NCBI RefSeq assembly: GCF_031769215.1
Contig: NW_026782019.1
Location: forward strand, 1,674,001 to 1,738,000
Reading direction: 5' to 3'
Origin: Ylistrum balloti
Taxonomy: Eukaryota
DNA length: 64,000 bases
The translations under genes were made by a program, and so were the position numbers. Positions within the stretch are counted from its first letter, which is position 1. Each line of letters opens with the position of its first letter. The notes under the pieces were generated by a model. The model was not told where the DNA came from. It searched no databases and worked only from the letters and a program-made list of their open reading frames with translations. Below, one piece after another: positions 1 through 12,700 of this stretch.

Positions 1-431
1 ATATGGCCTCAATTATACTGTAGATAAATCTGGATACTTTGAAATATGGCCTCAATTATACTGTAGATAAATCTGGATACTTTGAAATATGGCCTCAATT
101 ATACCGTAGATAAATCTGGATACTTTGAAAAATGGCCTCAATTATACCGTAGATAAATCTGGATACTTTGAAATATGGCCTCAATTATACTGTAGATAAA
201 TCTGGATACTTTGAAATATGGCCTCAATTATACTGTAGATAAATCTGGATACTTTGAAATATGGCCCCAATTATACTATAGATAAATCTGAATACTTTGA
301 AATATGGCCCCAATTATACTGTAGATAAATCTGGATACTTTGAAATATGGCCTCAATTATACTGTAGATAAATCTGGATACTTTGAAATATGGCCCCAAT
401 TATACTGTAGATAAATCTGGATACTTTGAAA
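1..431. repeat. 43-bp minisatellite, about 10 copies (truncated by window edge)
   Basis: Unit ATATGGCCTCAATTATACTGTAGATAAATCTGGATACTTTGAA; period 43. Confidence 0.95.
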
Positions 432-559
432 TGATCTGAACCTTATAAATCATCCACATATAGCACATCTGACATACACTATTCTTACACTTTTTAAAGA
501 GGTATTTTTCAGGTAATTGTTTCAACTGACATGAAACAGGACTCATCCCTGAGGCTGAC

Positions 560-765
560 TTTGACTTAGAGTGAAACTCTCTGTACTTGACTTTGACTGG
601 ACTATGAGAACTAACATTCCTCCTAGCTGACTAAGAAAAGTGAACTCTCCTTACTTGACTTTGAGTAGACTATGAGAACTAAAATTCCTCCTAGCTTACT
701 TAGAGTGAACTCTCCTTTACTTGACTTTGAGTAGACTACGAGAACTAACCTTCCTCACTGCTTAC
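560..765. repeat. 65-69-bp tandem repeat, 3 copies, abutting the donor of UBR4 exon 921-766
   Basis: Repeated GTGAACTCTCCTTACTTGACTTTGAGTAGACTATGAGAACTAA..TTCCTCCTAGCTTACT. Confidence 0.85.
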
Positions 766-3700
766 TCCTGTGGATCCTTTTTCTGCAAACTTGACAAGGT
801 TGTGTGGTCTGGCTACGGCCACTGATCTGGCAGTGACCAGTAGACGTTGGTATGCCTCTACATCCATGTCACATTCTTCATGCGACAGTAAGGTCATCAC
901 ATGCACAAGCTCGGCCTGGTCCTTAGGTCAAAAAGTCAACAACAGTATTATTTTAGCTTTATACTACATAGCTATGTCATAGACTCATGAGAGTTTAAAA
1001 TAGCTTGATCATAGAATCTTCAAAAGATATCACATCAATAGTGATATGTTAATAGCGTTATCTTACCCTTAAAACATTATGGTAATGTAACAACAATATA
1101 TTAGAGAATGATATAATAACATCATTACACTTTGTATACAATGAGGTCAGATTATTATATCCAAACGAAAATAAAGACTAAAGTCAAATATGTTGACCCA
1201 TGTATTATGATACTCAGAAACAGAAATGTTATAATACACTGCATACTTTTACCATTAACTAGTCTGACGGTATAATACCTTGTGGTTGTAGTAGGACAGT
1301 CTGTTAGGGAACAGTGAAGCCAGGAGAGACTTTGTGTGCTGTTGTACACTGGGAGGTGTCGGCAGAGTCAGCAGACTGGTGGCAATATTCAGGGTCAACT
1401 GGTGTAGTGGATCCTACAGCACACAATATTGATAAACTAAGTCCAAATTACCATGGAATGTATAAATATTATCATGGTTATTGTCCTTCTATATATTACA
1501 CATATCACCCAATTCAAATGACCTCTGTGAGTTATAAAAATCATAATGGTTGATGTCAATTTTGATCAATTTCTCACTCAGTCAATTTAGCAAAGAAAAC
1601 TAGTACAATGAAATATCTTTCAGAGTTCTTACCTTTTCTTCACACAATGATGAAGCAAAGGCTCCATCTAATACCTCTAGTGCACTCCCGAGCAGTCTGG
1701 AAAAGAACAATCATTTGTAAACTGAAACACTAAAAGCAAAGATACGTTTTAGTCCATCATAATCCCAGAGCCAGGATACCAAATGTTCCACACTAAATTT
1801 CACACTGATATCCATCTTGTGGATGTGCATATGATAATATTTTTTCTGACATTTTTTCCACTTAAAATATTTACCAAGAATTAAATTCCATGCCAGTTTT
1901 CGTGACAAAAATAGTAGAATTATATTCTCCACGAAACCAACAATACAGTATCTCACTCTACAGTTACCTTTGTAAATATGTTTTTACAGGTAAAAATGAA
2001 TATTTTTTCACATGATGATGGAGGTGTAGAGTAGGTTGAATATGAAGGTTACCTGTCAGCTGATGTTAAAGGTAAGGGAGTGGAGGGTATAGAATCACTG
2101 TCACTGTTTGTTATGGCTGTAGTTGATGCCGCAGGTTTGACTCCGGCCTGAGATTCTGGGAATTCATCTACTTCCTCTGGCCAGCCAAATACTTCCTTGG
2201 GCTTTACAAAAACCTTGATGGAGTCTACCATGGTCACTCCAGCAGAGTCGGCACTCGCTCCAACTACACAGAAACCAATGATAGTGCTTTATGTATCAAT
2301 CTTCTATTTACTATATACATCAAACTCTGAATAAATGCCATTATCAGTTGTCAAGTTTATTTTTTCTAAATTGAAATTCATATATCTTCAAAAACACAGA
2401 ATCTGTTCTCACCAAATAGAGTAAATTTCTTGTCAGCCATAAGGGATTCTTCTCTAGTGAAGGGCAAGTCAAACCAGCGGTACCTGCTGGTGAGGTTAAC
2501 CTGAAACACACACATACCATCATTATAATCAATTAGTCACAGGTTAATATACAGTGGACAATTCCACACTAATAATTAGTTAGATAAGTAGCTCCTCTGA
2601 AATGAAAATACCTCAACATTTTACATGAAACTACTGATGTTTTCCAATGAGAGACTAACATTTCATAACAAGAGGCCCAACGGGCCCACAGTGCTCACCT
2701 GGTATATATATATATGTATCAGCCAAATATCATACATTTAGGACTATTAGTTCATGAGTAGATGTCATTTAAAGGTTTTAACAAATTTGACCCCTATGAC
2801 CTTGAATATAGGTCAAGGTAATTTCTTTTCACAAACACTGTCAGGCTTCATCCTGGGAACATGCCAGCCAAATATCATGCCTCTAGGCCTTTAAGTTCAT
2901 GGTAAGAAGTCGTTTAAAGATGAGTCGGGCCAGTTGAGCTAAAAATTTATCAAGAGCAACAACAAGCGACTATCCTTTACACTGTTTATATTACTATTAC
3001 TCCTGTTCTTCACAATCATTGTGGATAATGCCCACAGTTACCACAATCCTGCACTAGTCTGAAACTTTGACATAACCTTTGAAAACCATACCTGCGTTGT
3101 TCGTCCAAACACCTCCAGGTAAGAGGGTGCTCTCTGTACATTCTGACTGCCGACCAGGACACGACAACCCACCATCACATTGGCTGTATTGGTGTTATTT
3201 ACTTCAATGTTAAATCCGGCCGGCTAAAAATAAATGACATTTGACCCCGATAATGCATGGCTCAGAAGAACAGATGAAGCACTTCATAAATACTACATTT
3301 CAATTAAGATTTATTTAAAATTTGTCAATAATAATAATAACTAATCACCCTTCTTCTTTTATAACTCATTTTGCACAAAAAAAAAACTATCCTCCAGATA
3401 AATAATCTGCTGAGAAGGGTATTAAATATTTATCTTTATTTTCAGCATCCCACACATAAACAATCCTGTATCAACAGCGATAAGTGTTGCTGATTACTCA
3501 CTTTGGTGCTAGCCACATACATGCCGGTTGTGTTGAGTCTGTGTTTCACCTGCTGGGTGTTATACACCTGTAGAAGGTCATTACCACCAAACTGGAAGGC
3601 AAGTGACATAACTGAAACATAGTCTCTATATTAAGGTTAAAATCAAGGTCAACAATGATCAATTTGTTTTTTTTCAGTCTAGTTGCTTCAAACTATTTCA

Positions 3701-6700
3701 TTACAAAATTTGTTTCTATAAAAAATCAATTATAATTCTATGGAGTCTAAAGACAAACCTCTATATCGCCGTTCTGCTGGCAATGCTCAAAAAAGTCTAT
3801 GGGGAAAGACACAGAGCCGACTGGTCTTCCTGTAACACAACACAACATACATATATAGCTAATGACCATACAGACAGGAATTGTGTCAAGTTTTTACTGC
3901 ATAATCCAAGGTGTTAGTAAAATACTTAATATTACAAACTGTAGTACTACATCAGTCAACCAAAGGACCATGTTACTATAGGGAATCATAAGTGCTTCAA
4001 TGTCACAAATGTGTTACATAAATAAATCTCAAGATTTACAATGAAAAAGACACTCCTTGGAGATGTATTACTTAGTATTTCATCAACGCTGTTAGGTTAT
4101 ATACCTGTTCTGCTGCTCTTCCTCTTCTTGGCAGGTTTGAGCACTGCGATGGGTGACTGGGGCTGGAGATACGGGGACAGCCAGAAGCTGGTGCTGTCTA
4201 CATTAGCCATGTAGATCCTTAAGGAGCCGTCCTCACACAACAAGATCATTGTTGTCCTTTGTTGCTGTAACACAGACACATGAAAACTTGTTTATGAGTT
4301 TGGTGTAAACAATGATTAAATAAACAGGCAGATAAAAGTGATATTTTTCACATCAAAGCCTCAAATTACAGAAATATTTGCTTTTAGAAAGTTTACATTT
4401 ATCAAAAATTTGACAGTACATCTCAAGGTCAGCAAATCGATATATCCTTTTCTGTAAGATTTTATCTGAATTAAGAAAAATAAACTACAGACCTGATCTG
4501 AATTGGAAGCAGAGTGGCGGATGGCAACTACATCTTGGATCTGTAAAAAAAATATCAGTTAAAGATATATAGGGTGACCACCAATATGTCAACTCTTCTG
4601 AAACCCAACTTTCTACAAATTACAAGTGATGTTTATGGAAAATGATATATCAGATATACTAATATAATAAGAATCAGAAATGAACTTTTTTTACTAATAC
4701 AGCACACACAAAGACATACTGATATGCTTACTAATACAATAGGTTTGTATCATTGCTGGTGTACTGACCTTAGCCTTGGCAGGCACAACCTTAATCTCCT
4801 GTGCCTGGATGATATCTGGTTTGATCATGAGGACGACTGGATTGTTGGAGGTCTGGGTCATACAGTACATGAGACCTGTGTGTCCTGGGATCTCTGACCA
4901 CTGGACCAGAGGCTGACCATTGTTACCTCCCTTTCCTCCACCATTACTGCAATAAGTGATAGTTGTTTATTTGGTTTAGTTTAAAACAATGAATGCCCTC
5001 AACATAAATGACAAGTTATAGAAGGATGATAGGTATGTATGATGAAGCTTAATTCGTTATTTGGCTTTAATGTATCTACTTCTAAATTTGTGTTGAATGA
5101 TGCTGTTGGCTTTAAACACTTTCCTACCTAATTTAGGAAACAGAATATGATATGCCTGACTGTTCTGGGGATTTATATGATAATGGCTGAATATGATGGA
5201 CCTTGAACTGTTTGCCAGATGTAACCTTGTGTTGGTTTCAGCAATGGAGAGAGGTGACTTACCTTTTGATAGCAATAGGGAACAGGAGAGGGTCCTCGGT
5301 TATGTAGGTTGCAAAACTCTTCCCTACAACCAGAAATTAGAACTGTGATTCTCCATGTTCTAGTTTTCATGAAAAGGATTCAAACTATTGACCACTGGTA
5401 TCTATATGTCTCATAAAATTTCATGCACATATCACCAATTTTATGGATCATAGATCTGACTCATGGATACTGTAACATTATAAACGACAGAGGGACTCAC
5501 TAATTCACTGACATTCTGATGCAGAAAATAAATGTAAAAGACTTAAAAAAATTAACCATCCTTACCTTGGGTGTAGCTGAAGAAGAGAAGCTGAAGTGAG
5601 TGTGAGTAGTAGACAGACACGCCCCCTCCAGCAATCTGACCATTACTCTCCTGTAAAACAAATACAAAGAATCAAATCATCCACTGAACTCATATAATAT
5701 GATAATGAATATTTTTGTTTGAAACAGTTCTTGATTTTCACATATATCTAATACTAGAAAATGTGATGGAATATGAACGTTACACTTAATATGATGAAAT
5801 TACTTCCAGACTTGAAGAGCAGGGTTATTTAATCTGCAGCTCATTCATTTATACCTGTGTTTTGTCATATTATTTTCACCATTTAGGAGAAGGAATTAAA
5901 ATTTTATGTTACTCAATTCACCAGTAGCATATCTTCAGTGCAATCTTAATAGCACAAAACCTGTCTCATGGTACTCGTGTCATTGTTTTCCAATGCTGGG
6001 TTAAGTTCTTGCTCAAAAACCTGTCACATGATATTTGTGTCATTATTTGACTAAGTTAGGTTAAAGAACTTTCTCAACATTCAGTGGATTAAAATCTCAC
6101 TCCATCACTTTTTGTTTACCTTGAGGTCAGGGTGCTGGACTTCTAGTACATTGGTGATATAGAAAGGACCATGTTTAGCACTACTGCTGTCTTCCATCTG
6201 TTGGGTGTACACATAGCCAGTGGACGACATCAGTACAATTTGACGTCCTTCCTCAGAGAAGATGAAGGTCGCATCACGAATCTTACCACTTGGCAGGAGG
6301 AAGAAGTACTGTGGACTGAGTGCATCGGTTCCGAGGTCGTAAATCTGTAATAGACAGGAAGAGTTCAATGAACAAACTTACAGAAACAGAGCTTTTACAT
6401 ACAGTTTTGAATGTCTGCTAAGTGACAGGTCCTTGGTTTAAAAAAAGAGCTACAGCTAAATGTATACAAATTACCATAAGTTACTCCCAGCATTTACTCA
6501 AGGTATGGGTTGTAATTAAATCTATTAATTAAGTTTCTGTAAACAATTGATATTTTATGCATACATCTAGGAAATTGTGAAAGGGTGTAAACAAATGTCA
6601 ATGTTACAATTCTAACTGTTTAATTTAACTGTGTTCCAATATGAAACAAGATCACCATTTGCGAAAATTCCAAAAAAACAATTTCATCGTGTGCTGCAGT

Positions 6701-9700
6701 CTAGATGCTAACTGTGAATAATACAGAATTTGATTAACTAATTTGATCAAATATGCTAAAAAAAACCATGAAAAAGGTCTTAATAGATAGACAATTAACC
6801 AGTATTACTTAACACTGGAAATATTACATGAGTTTTATACAGGTGATGATAACAAAGGTTGCTTACCTTGACAAAGTCTGCTGTGACAATAGCCAGTTCA
6901 GTCTGGGTTCCTGGTAGCCACACAACCTAAAAATAAAACTTTAATGTATATATACTGTTTAAACTAGAGTTATGATAATGCTATTACTACCAAGGGTTGC
7001 ACATTTGAGAAACAGCCAACATGCTAGATGACATTTCAGTGTGGAGATAAAGTGTTTGGTTATTTAAGGAGCAGCAAACTAACCTTGATGATGAAGTTGC
7101 CAGTTGGTAGTGTTGGGTGTAGAACAAGGTGATCAGCTACTGATCCAGAACTGTTGAAGGTCAATACATGACAGTCCTACAAAGTGAAAGTAGCCACATC
7201 AACTGTAATTCTAATTCTCAAACCAGTTAACCATGGTTTATATATTCACTAAAACATATCAATATATGCCCACAAAAATAAAGTACTATATTGTCATAAA
7301 AATACTCAGGCAGGCATCTTTTTGATGTCAGTACAATACTTCGAAACAGCACAACATTGAGATTATTACCTTGAGCCCACAGACGGCCAGGAAGTCCTCG
7401 TTACAGGGATTACCAGTGATGGACAGGACGGTGAAGGGGATTGGTGCTGATGCCAACCTCTGCAATAGATGAACATTTTGGCTTAAATCATTCTTTAGAA
7501 CCAGCAGATACAAAGCATTTTCATCTGACTGTCACAGAGACAAAATGTTATTTTAAACCTTTCTTTAGTATCTAATTGACAAATAATTCATAGAATAAGT
7601 ATCAGAGTGTACTGTGAGTTTTGTAGTCTACTGCTTACACACAGTTTTCCCATGTGAATGTTTTAGGGTATATACTAACTGATAGATGTAGCAAAAACTT
7701 TCACAAATTTGTATTTAAGTTTTTATAACACAACCAGTAAAAGAAATCAAATCTTCTGATTATGTTTTAAGAACTTTTATTCTACTGACATAATCAACTT
7801 GTAGTATTAGTCTTGCCCAAGAATGAACTGGGAATGAGCAAGCAAAATCTACATCAACTTACAGTGAGAGTCAGTTTCTTTTTACTGGAGTCGGCCTGCT
7901 TGAGGAGTGCTGAGAGCTGCAAAATTGTGATCTTTCCTTTTTCGTGACTAACAGCCAGATGTTGTCGCTTGCCGTGCGGGGATGCCAGTACACACATGGC
8001 TACACGACGGAGCATGTGAGCCGAGATTAGCTGACGTATTTGCTGACCCTGGTCACCACTATAGTTCATACGGACATTCTCAAAGGCTCCCTCCTGTGAT
8101 CCTAATGTTACCGTCTGTAAAATTAGTTACAGCTGTATTACAAAACAACAGTGCATGTGTGACAAGATCACTAATTGTAATGTCTACAGGGTACCTACCC
8201 TTGTTCATATAAAGATTATGTTTGTAATGTGATGAATAGATTTAATGTCTGTGATCTCTGAGTATTTGGCAGTGCTATGTGCAGTGAAATCCGAGTTCTG
8301 TTCATTGTTAAGCGATCTTTGATTCATGGGGATATGAATAGTATTTATGTATGGATGTGGATATTTATTGGTATCAACAATAAAATATAAGTCATAAGAT
8401 TATATAACTACAGAGGTTTATGGGGGACATACCATAAGCTGTTCAGTGGTCTCTGTGGTCTTGGGTAGAGTGTGAAGTTCATGGAGTGCCTTCTGGGCCC
8501 GCTGGGTACTGCCCATGGGAGACACTCTCTGGTAGCTGTCTGTCAGTGTAGGGAGGATGGTCTCCAGCATGTTAAGTATTGTCTTCACGGTGTTGGAGGA
8601 TTCCTGGTACAAAGAATAAACCTAGTTACCAACACTTCTACTGTAATTCATTGTAAAAACCATCTACAGAATCTTTCTAAATCTAATCACAAGTATATGC
8701 TTTTTCACTATCTATTACTGTCATTCAAAGAAACTTTTACTTTATGTTTCTGCTGAAAGACCATTAAAATGTTCATTCTATATTCTCTGTGAAATTTAAC
8801 ATGACAATTTTTTCCACAAAATTATTATGAAACTTTATTTGTTGTGTAATTCAAAAAGAATGTGACACTGGGTTTTAAATTAAGTTAGTTTGAATTCAGC
8901 TTGCATCTAAACACCATACTAATGTAAATGTATTCCTTAAATACCCACCACATGCTGTAAAAGGGCATCCCTGCTCCCCTCAACTTGACGACTCAGAGCC
9001 TCTCGTGCTTTGTTCACTTGTTCAGCCATTTTGTTTACATCTGTTTGTTTCTCCAATGGACTCGGAGAAGACATGCGACGCCGGAGACTGCTGGGAAGCA
9101 TGGTTTCCATGGAGAATGGTGAAGCTCCTGCTAGGTTGTCTAGACTGTCCAATCCACTCTGGACAGAACGCTTGACCAGAGACTGGACACCAAACACAGA
9201 TATTAATATACATTATACAACATATATCATGTTTTTCTTTCTTTTTTTTTTTTTTTGCCACAAGCAGAACACTAACTACTCAAATTATAATGTAATTGTA
9301 TTTCGTATATATCAAAATGTAATCTTATTTAAATTTGAACTAGACTGATTAAAAACATTTGTCATGATTAAGTTTTCAATTGATGAAAAAAAACCTACCT
9401 TGCAGGAGCCATCCTCCTTGGCTCCACAATCACAGAAGAAGGATCCAAACTTAGCATAGGTCAGGTCATGTTCTTTATGGCAGACTTTGGCACAAACTGT
9501 ACATACCCCTACACCATCCACCATCTTACAGGTGTGGCAGTGGTACCTAGAACACAGTAAGTATAAGCTAAAATATATACTGTACTTGGTGTAACTACAA
9601 TGTAATAGTAAAGGATATTTTCCTCAATGTGAATAACGATTCAGATAATTCTATGAAAAACTAATAATTAGGTGGGTATGTGAGTTTTTCCTCAAAACCA

Positions 9701-12700
9701 CAAAACTATCTTCTTGTATCGACAGAGACCTAGCATCTGATGGTGTTGGCAGTGGCGGTGCAAGATCACCAAGTATTTATATGTACACTATTGAAAACAT
9801 ATAATTTTGAATAAAGTTTGGGGATTAGGTGTGAATAGATGATGATGAGGCAAAACACTAATAATAATAAACAGCTCTGTTGTTGATCAGTGTATGATGT
9901 GATAATGAGGATGAAAGGTTGATGATGAAGTGGTGATGATGATATGATGATTACAATGCTGAATATGTGTTACTGCTGATGATGATATGATAGTGATGAT
10001 GATGATGACGATATGGTGATGATCATGATAATGAAGTGATGATGATACGATGATCATGATGATAACTATGTGATNNNNNNNNNNNNNNNNNNNNNNNNNN
10101 NNNNNNNNNNNNNNNNNNNNNNNNNNNNNNNNNNNNNNNNNNNNNNNNNNNNNNNNNNNNNNNNNNNNNNNNNNNNNNNNNNNNNNNNNNNNNNNNNNNN
10201 NNNNNNNNNNNNNNNNNNNNNNNNNNNNNNNNNNNNNNNNNNNNNNNNNNNNNNNNNNNNNNNNNNNNNNNNNNNNNNNNNNNNNNNNNNNNNNNNNNNN
10301 NNNNNNNNNNNNNNNNNNNNATTATTATTGGGGCGTGTGAATGAAACACAGTAGTACATTGTATGTCATGTCAGCAAAGAGGAAAGAGTAGGAAATAATG
10401 AGTGCATGTTTTGAGTGAGTGTACATGGGTGTAGTGTGATGTGTGCTAGGGTGTGTATGTATGTGAGTCTAGTATATATCGTGTGTTGCATACCTTTGTA
10501 AAATCTTGAAAAACAAAAAAAACAAAAAAAGTTTGTATATGTAATGACCTACCAGTGCAGGATCATTCAGTTTATATATATGGAGACCTACCAGTACTGA
10601 TTTACTGAGTTTTTATTTGAGTGACCTACCTGTGCAGAATTATTTAGTTTTTATACGTGGTATTGTAGCTGTACTGGACCATTGAGTTTTTATATATGGT
10701 ATCTTATCAGTGCAGCAGGACCATAAAGTTTGTATATGTAATGACCTACCAGTGCTGGTTCATGAATTCCTTCTGTGTGACAGTAAATGTACACAACTTG
10801 TTATTGAGTGATTCCTCATCCTACAACAAAAAGTGACACCATTAAATATGAAAATTTTTGGTTGATTATCCATCGCCTCATTAAAATGAAAATAGCATGA
10901 CTGAGATTCAAACAAATGTTTTTCAGCTAAAATTTGGTAAAATATTCACTGCAAATTGCTGAGCATTTCTATCAATAAAACTTCCTGAAGCTTTCAAATT
11001 TTAATATCAAGAAAACAATAATATGATGCATTTCCTTTAAAATGTCCCTATCTTTTGTATGGGTTGATTCCATTGATTCCTAAAACAAATGTGCTTCAAA
11101 TGATTGACCTATTTTACAAGTTCCTGTCACCTGAACCACATTTGGCTGTACTTACCGAGTCCTCGCCTCCAGAATCCTCGTCTTCCTGAGTCAGGTCCTC
11201 TATCCAGTCTATATCTCCTTCCTATAATGTGTTAAATATCAAGTCATTTCAGGATTAGAATTGATGGTAAAGATTTACTAGTTCTAAAACACTCTTAGAC
11301 AACAAAAAATTTATATTTGAATATCATGGATAATTTGAAATAGCTTTTAAAAACAACTATTTGTAAAACAGAACTATTATAATAATATAACAGAGCAGGA
11401 GAGTTATTCTACAAAGATTTTAATTACTTGAAAATCATACTATCAACTACAACAATTTTACCTGTGTTACTGTCATATCACTGTCCACAGGAGGAGACAG
11501 AACACCACTTCTGGAAAACAAGTCAAAGTTATTACAGTAAGCTGATAAATAACATTTCATTCACAGGTAAATTTAACTCATGACAAGGAAATCATCTGTA
11601 CATTCTATCAAAAGTCATATTTTACTACCTCTATTAATTTTCTTCCAAATATAGTCCATCCCTTTCTCTCACTTTTGAAATTATTTACAAGTTTTTCCTC
11701 ATTTCATGGTATGTATTAAGAAGGATTATAAAAAATCCAAATCAGACTAAAGTTCAGAGATCAAATTAATTAACAAATCAAATATTAGATAAATTTTATT
11801 ACTTCTCTGAGCTTCTCTTGAGAGCCCCGAGGATTTCTCCGATGTAGGACAGCAGACAGCATAAGGTGTCCAATATAGGCTGTAACACAAAGGAAATATC
11901 AACTTAAAACATTGTATATCAATATTACCTATCATTAGCAGTAAAACATTGTGTATCAATATTACCTATCATTAGAAGTAAAACATTGTGTATCAATATT
12001 ACCTATCATTAGAAGTAAAACATTGTATATCAATATTACCTATCATTAGTAAAACATTGTGTATCAATATTACCTATCATTAGAAGTAAAACATTGTGTA
12101 TCAATATTACCTATCATTAGAAGTAAAACATTGTATATCAATATTACCTATCATTAGCAGTAAAACATTGTGTATCAATATTACCTATCATTAGAAGTAA
12201 AACATTGTATATCAATATTACCTATCATTAGAAGTAAAACATTGTGTATCAATATCGTCTATCATTAGAAGTAAAACATTGTGTATCAATATTACCTATC
12301 ATTAGAAGTAAAACATTGTGTATCAATATTACCTAACATTAGAAGTAAAACATTGTATATCAATATTACCTATCATAAGAAGTAAAACATTGTGTATCAA
12401 TATTACCTATCATTAGAAGTAAAACATTGTATATCAATATTACCTATCATTAAGAAGTAAAACATTGTATATCAATATTACCTATCATTAGAAGTAAAAC
12501 ATTGTATATCAATATTACCTATCATTAGAAGTAAAACATTGTATATCAATATTACCTATCATTATCAATATTACCAATATTACCTATCATTAGAAGTAAA
12601 ACATTGTATATCAATATTACCTATCATTAGAAGTAAAACATTGTATCAATAAAACATTGTGTATCAATATTATGTACCATTAGAAGTAAAATATTGTATA

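Larger units (their letters stand above)
9399..10820 (-). other. UBR4: UBR-box zinc-finger domain of UBR4 (exons 10820-10750 and 9546-9399)
   Basis: [17 protein letters not shown]|[49 protein letters not shown] shows the canonical UBR-box Cys/His pattern. Confidence 0.95.

Noticed and set aside
10023-10359. ORFs spanning poly-X
   Set aside because: Artefacts of the 246-N assembly gap.
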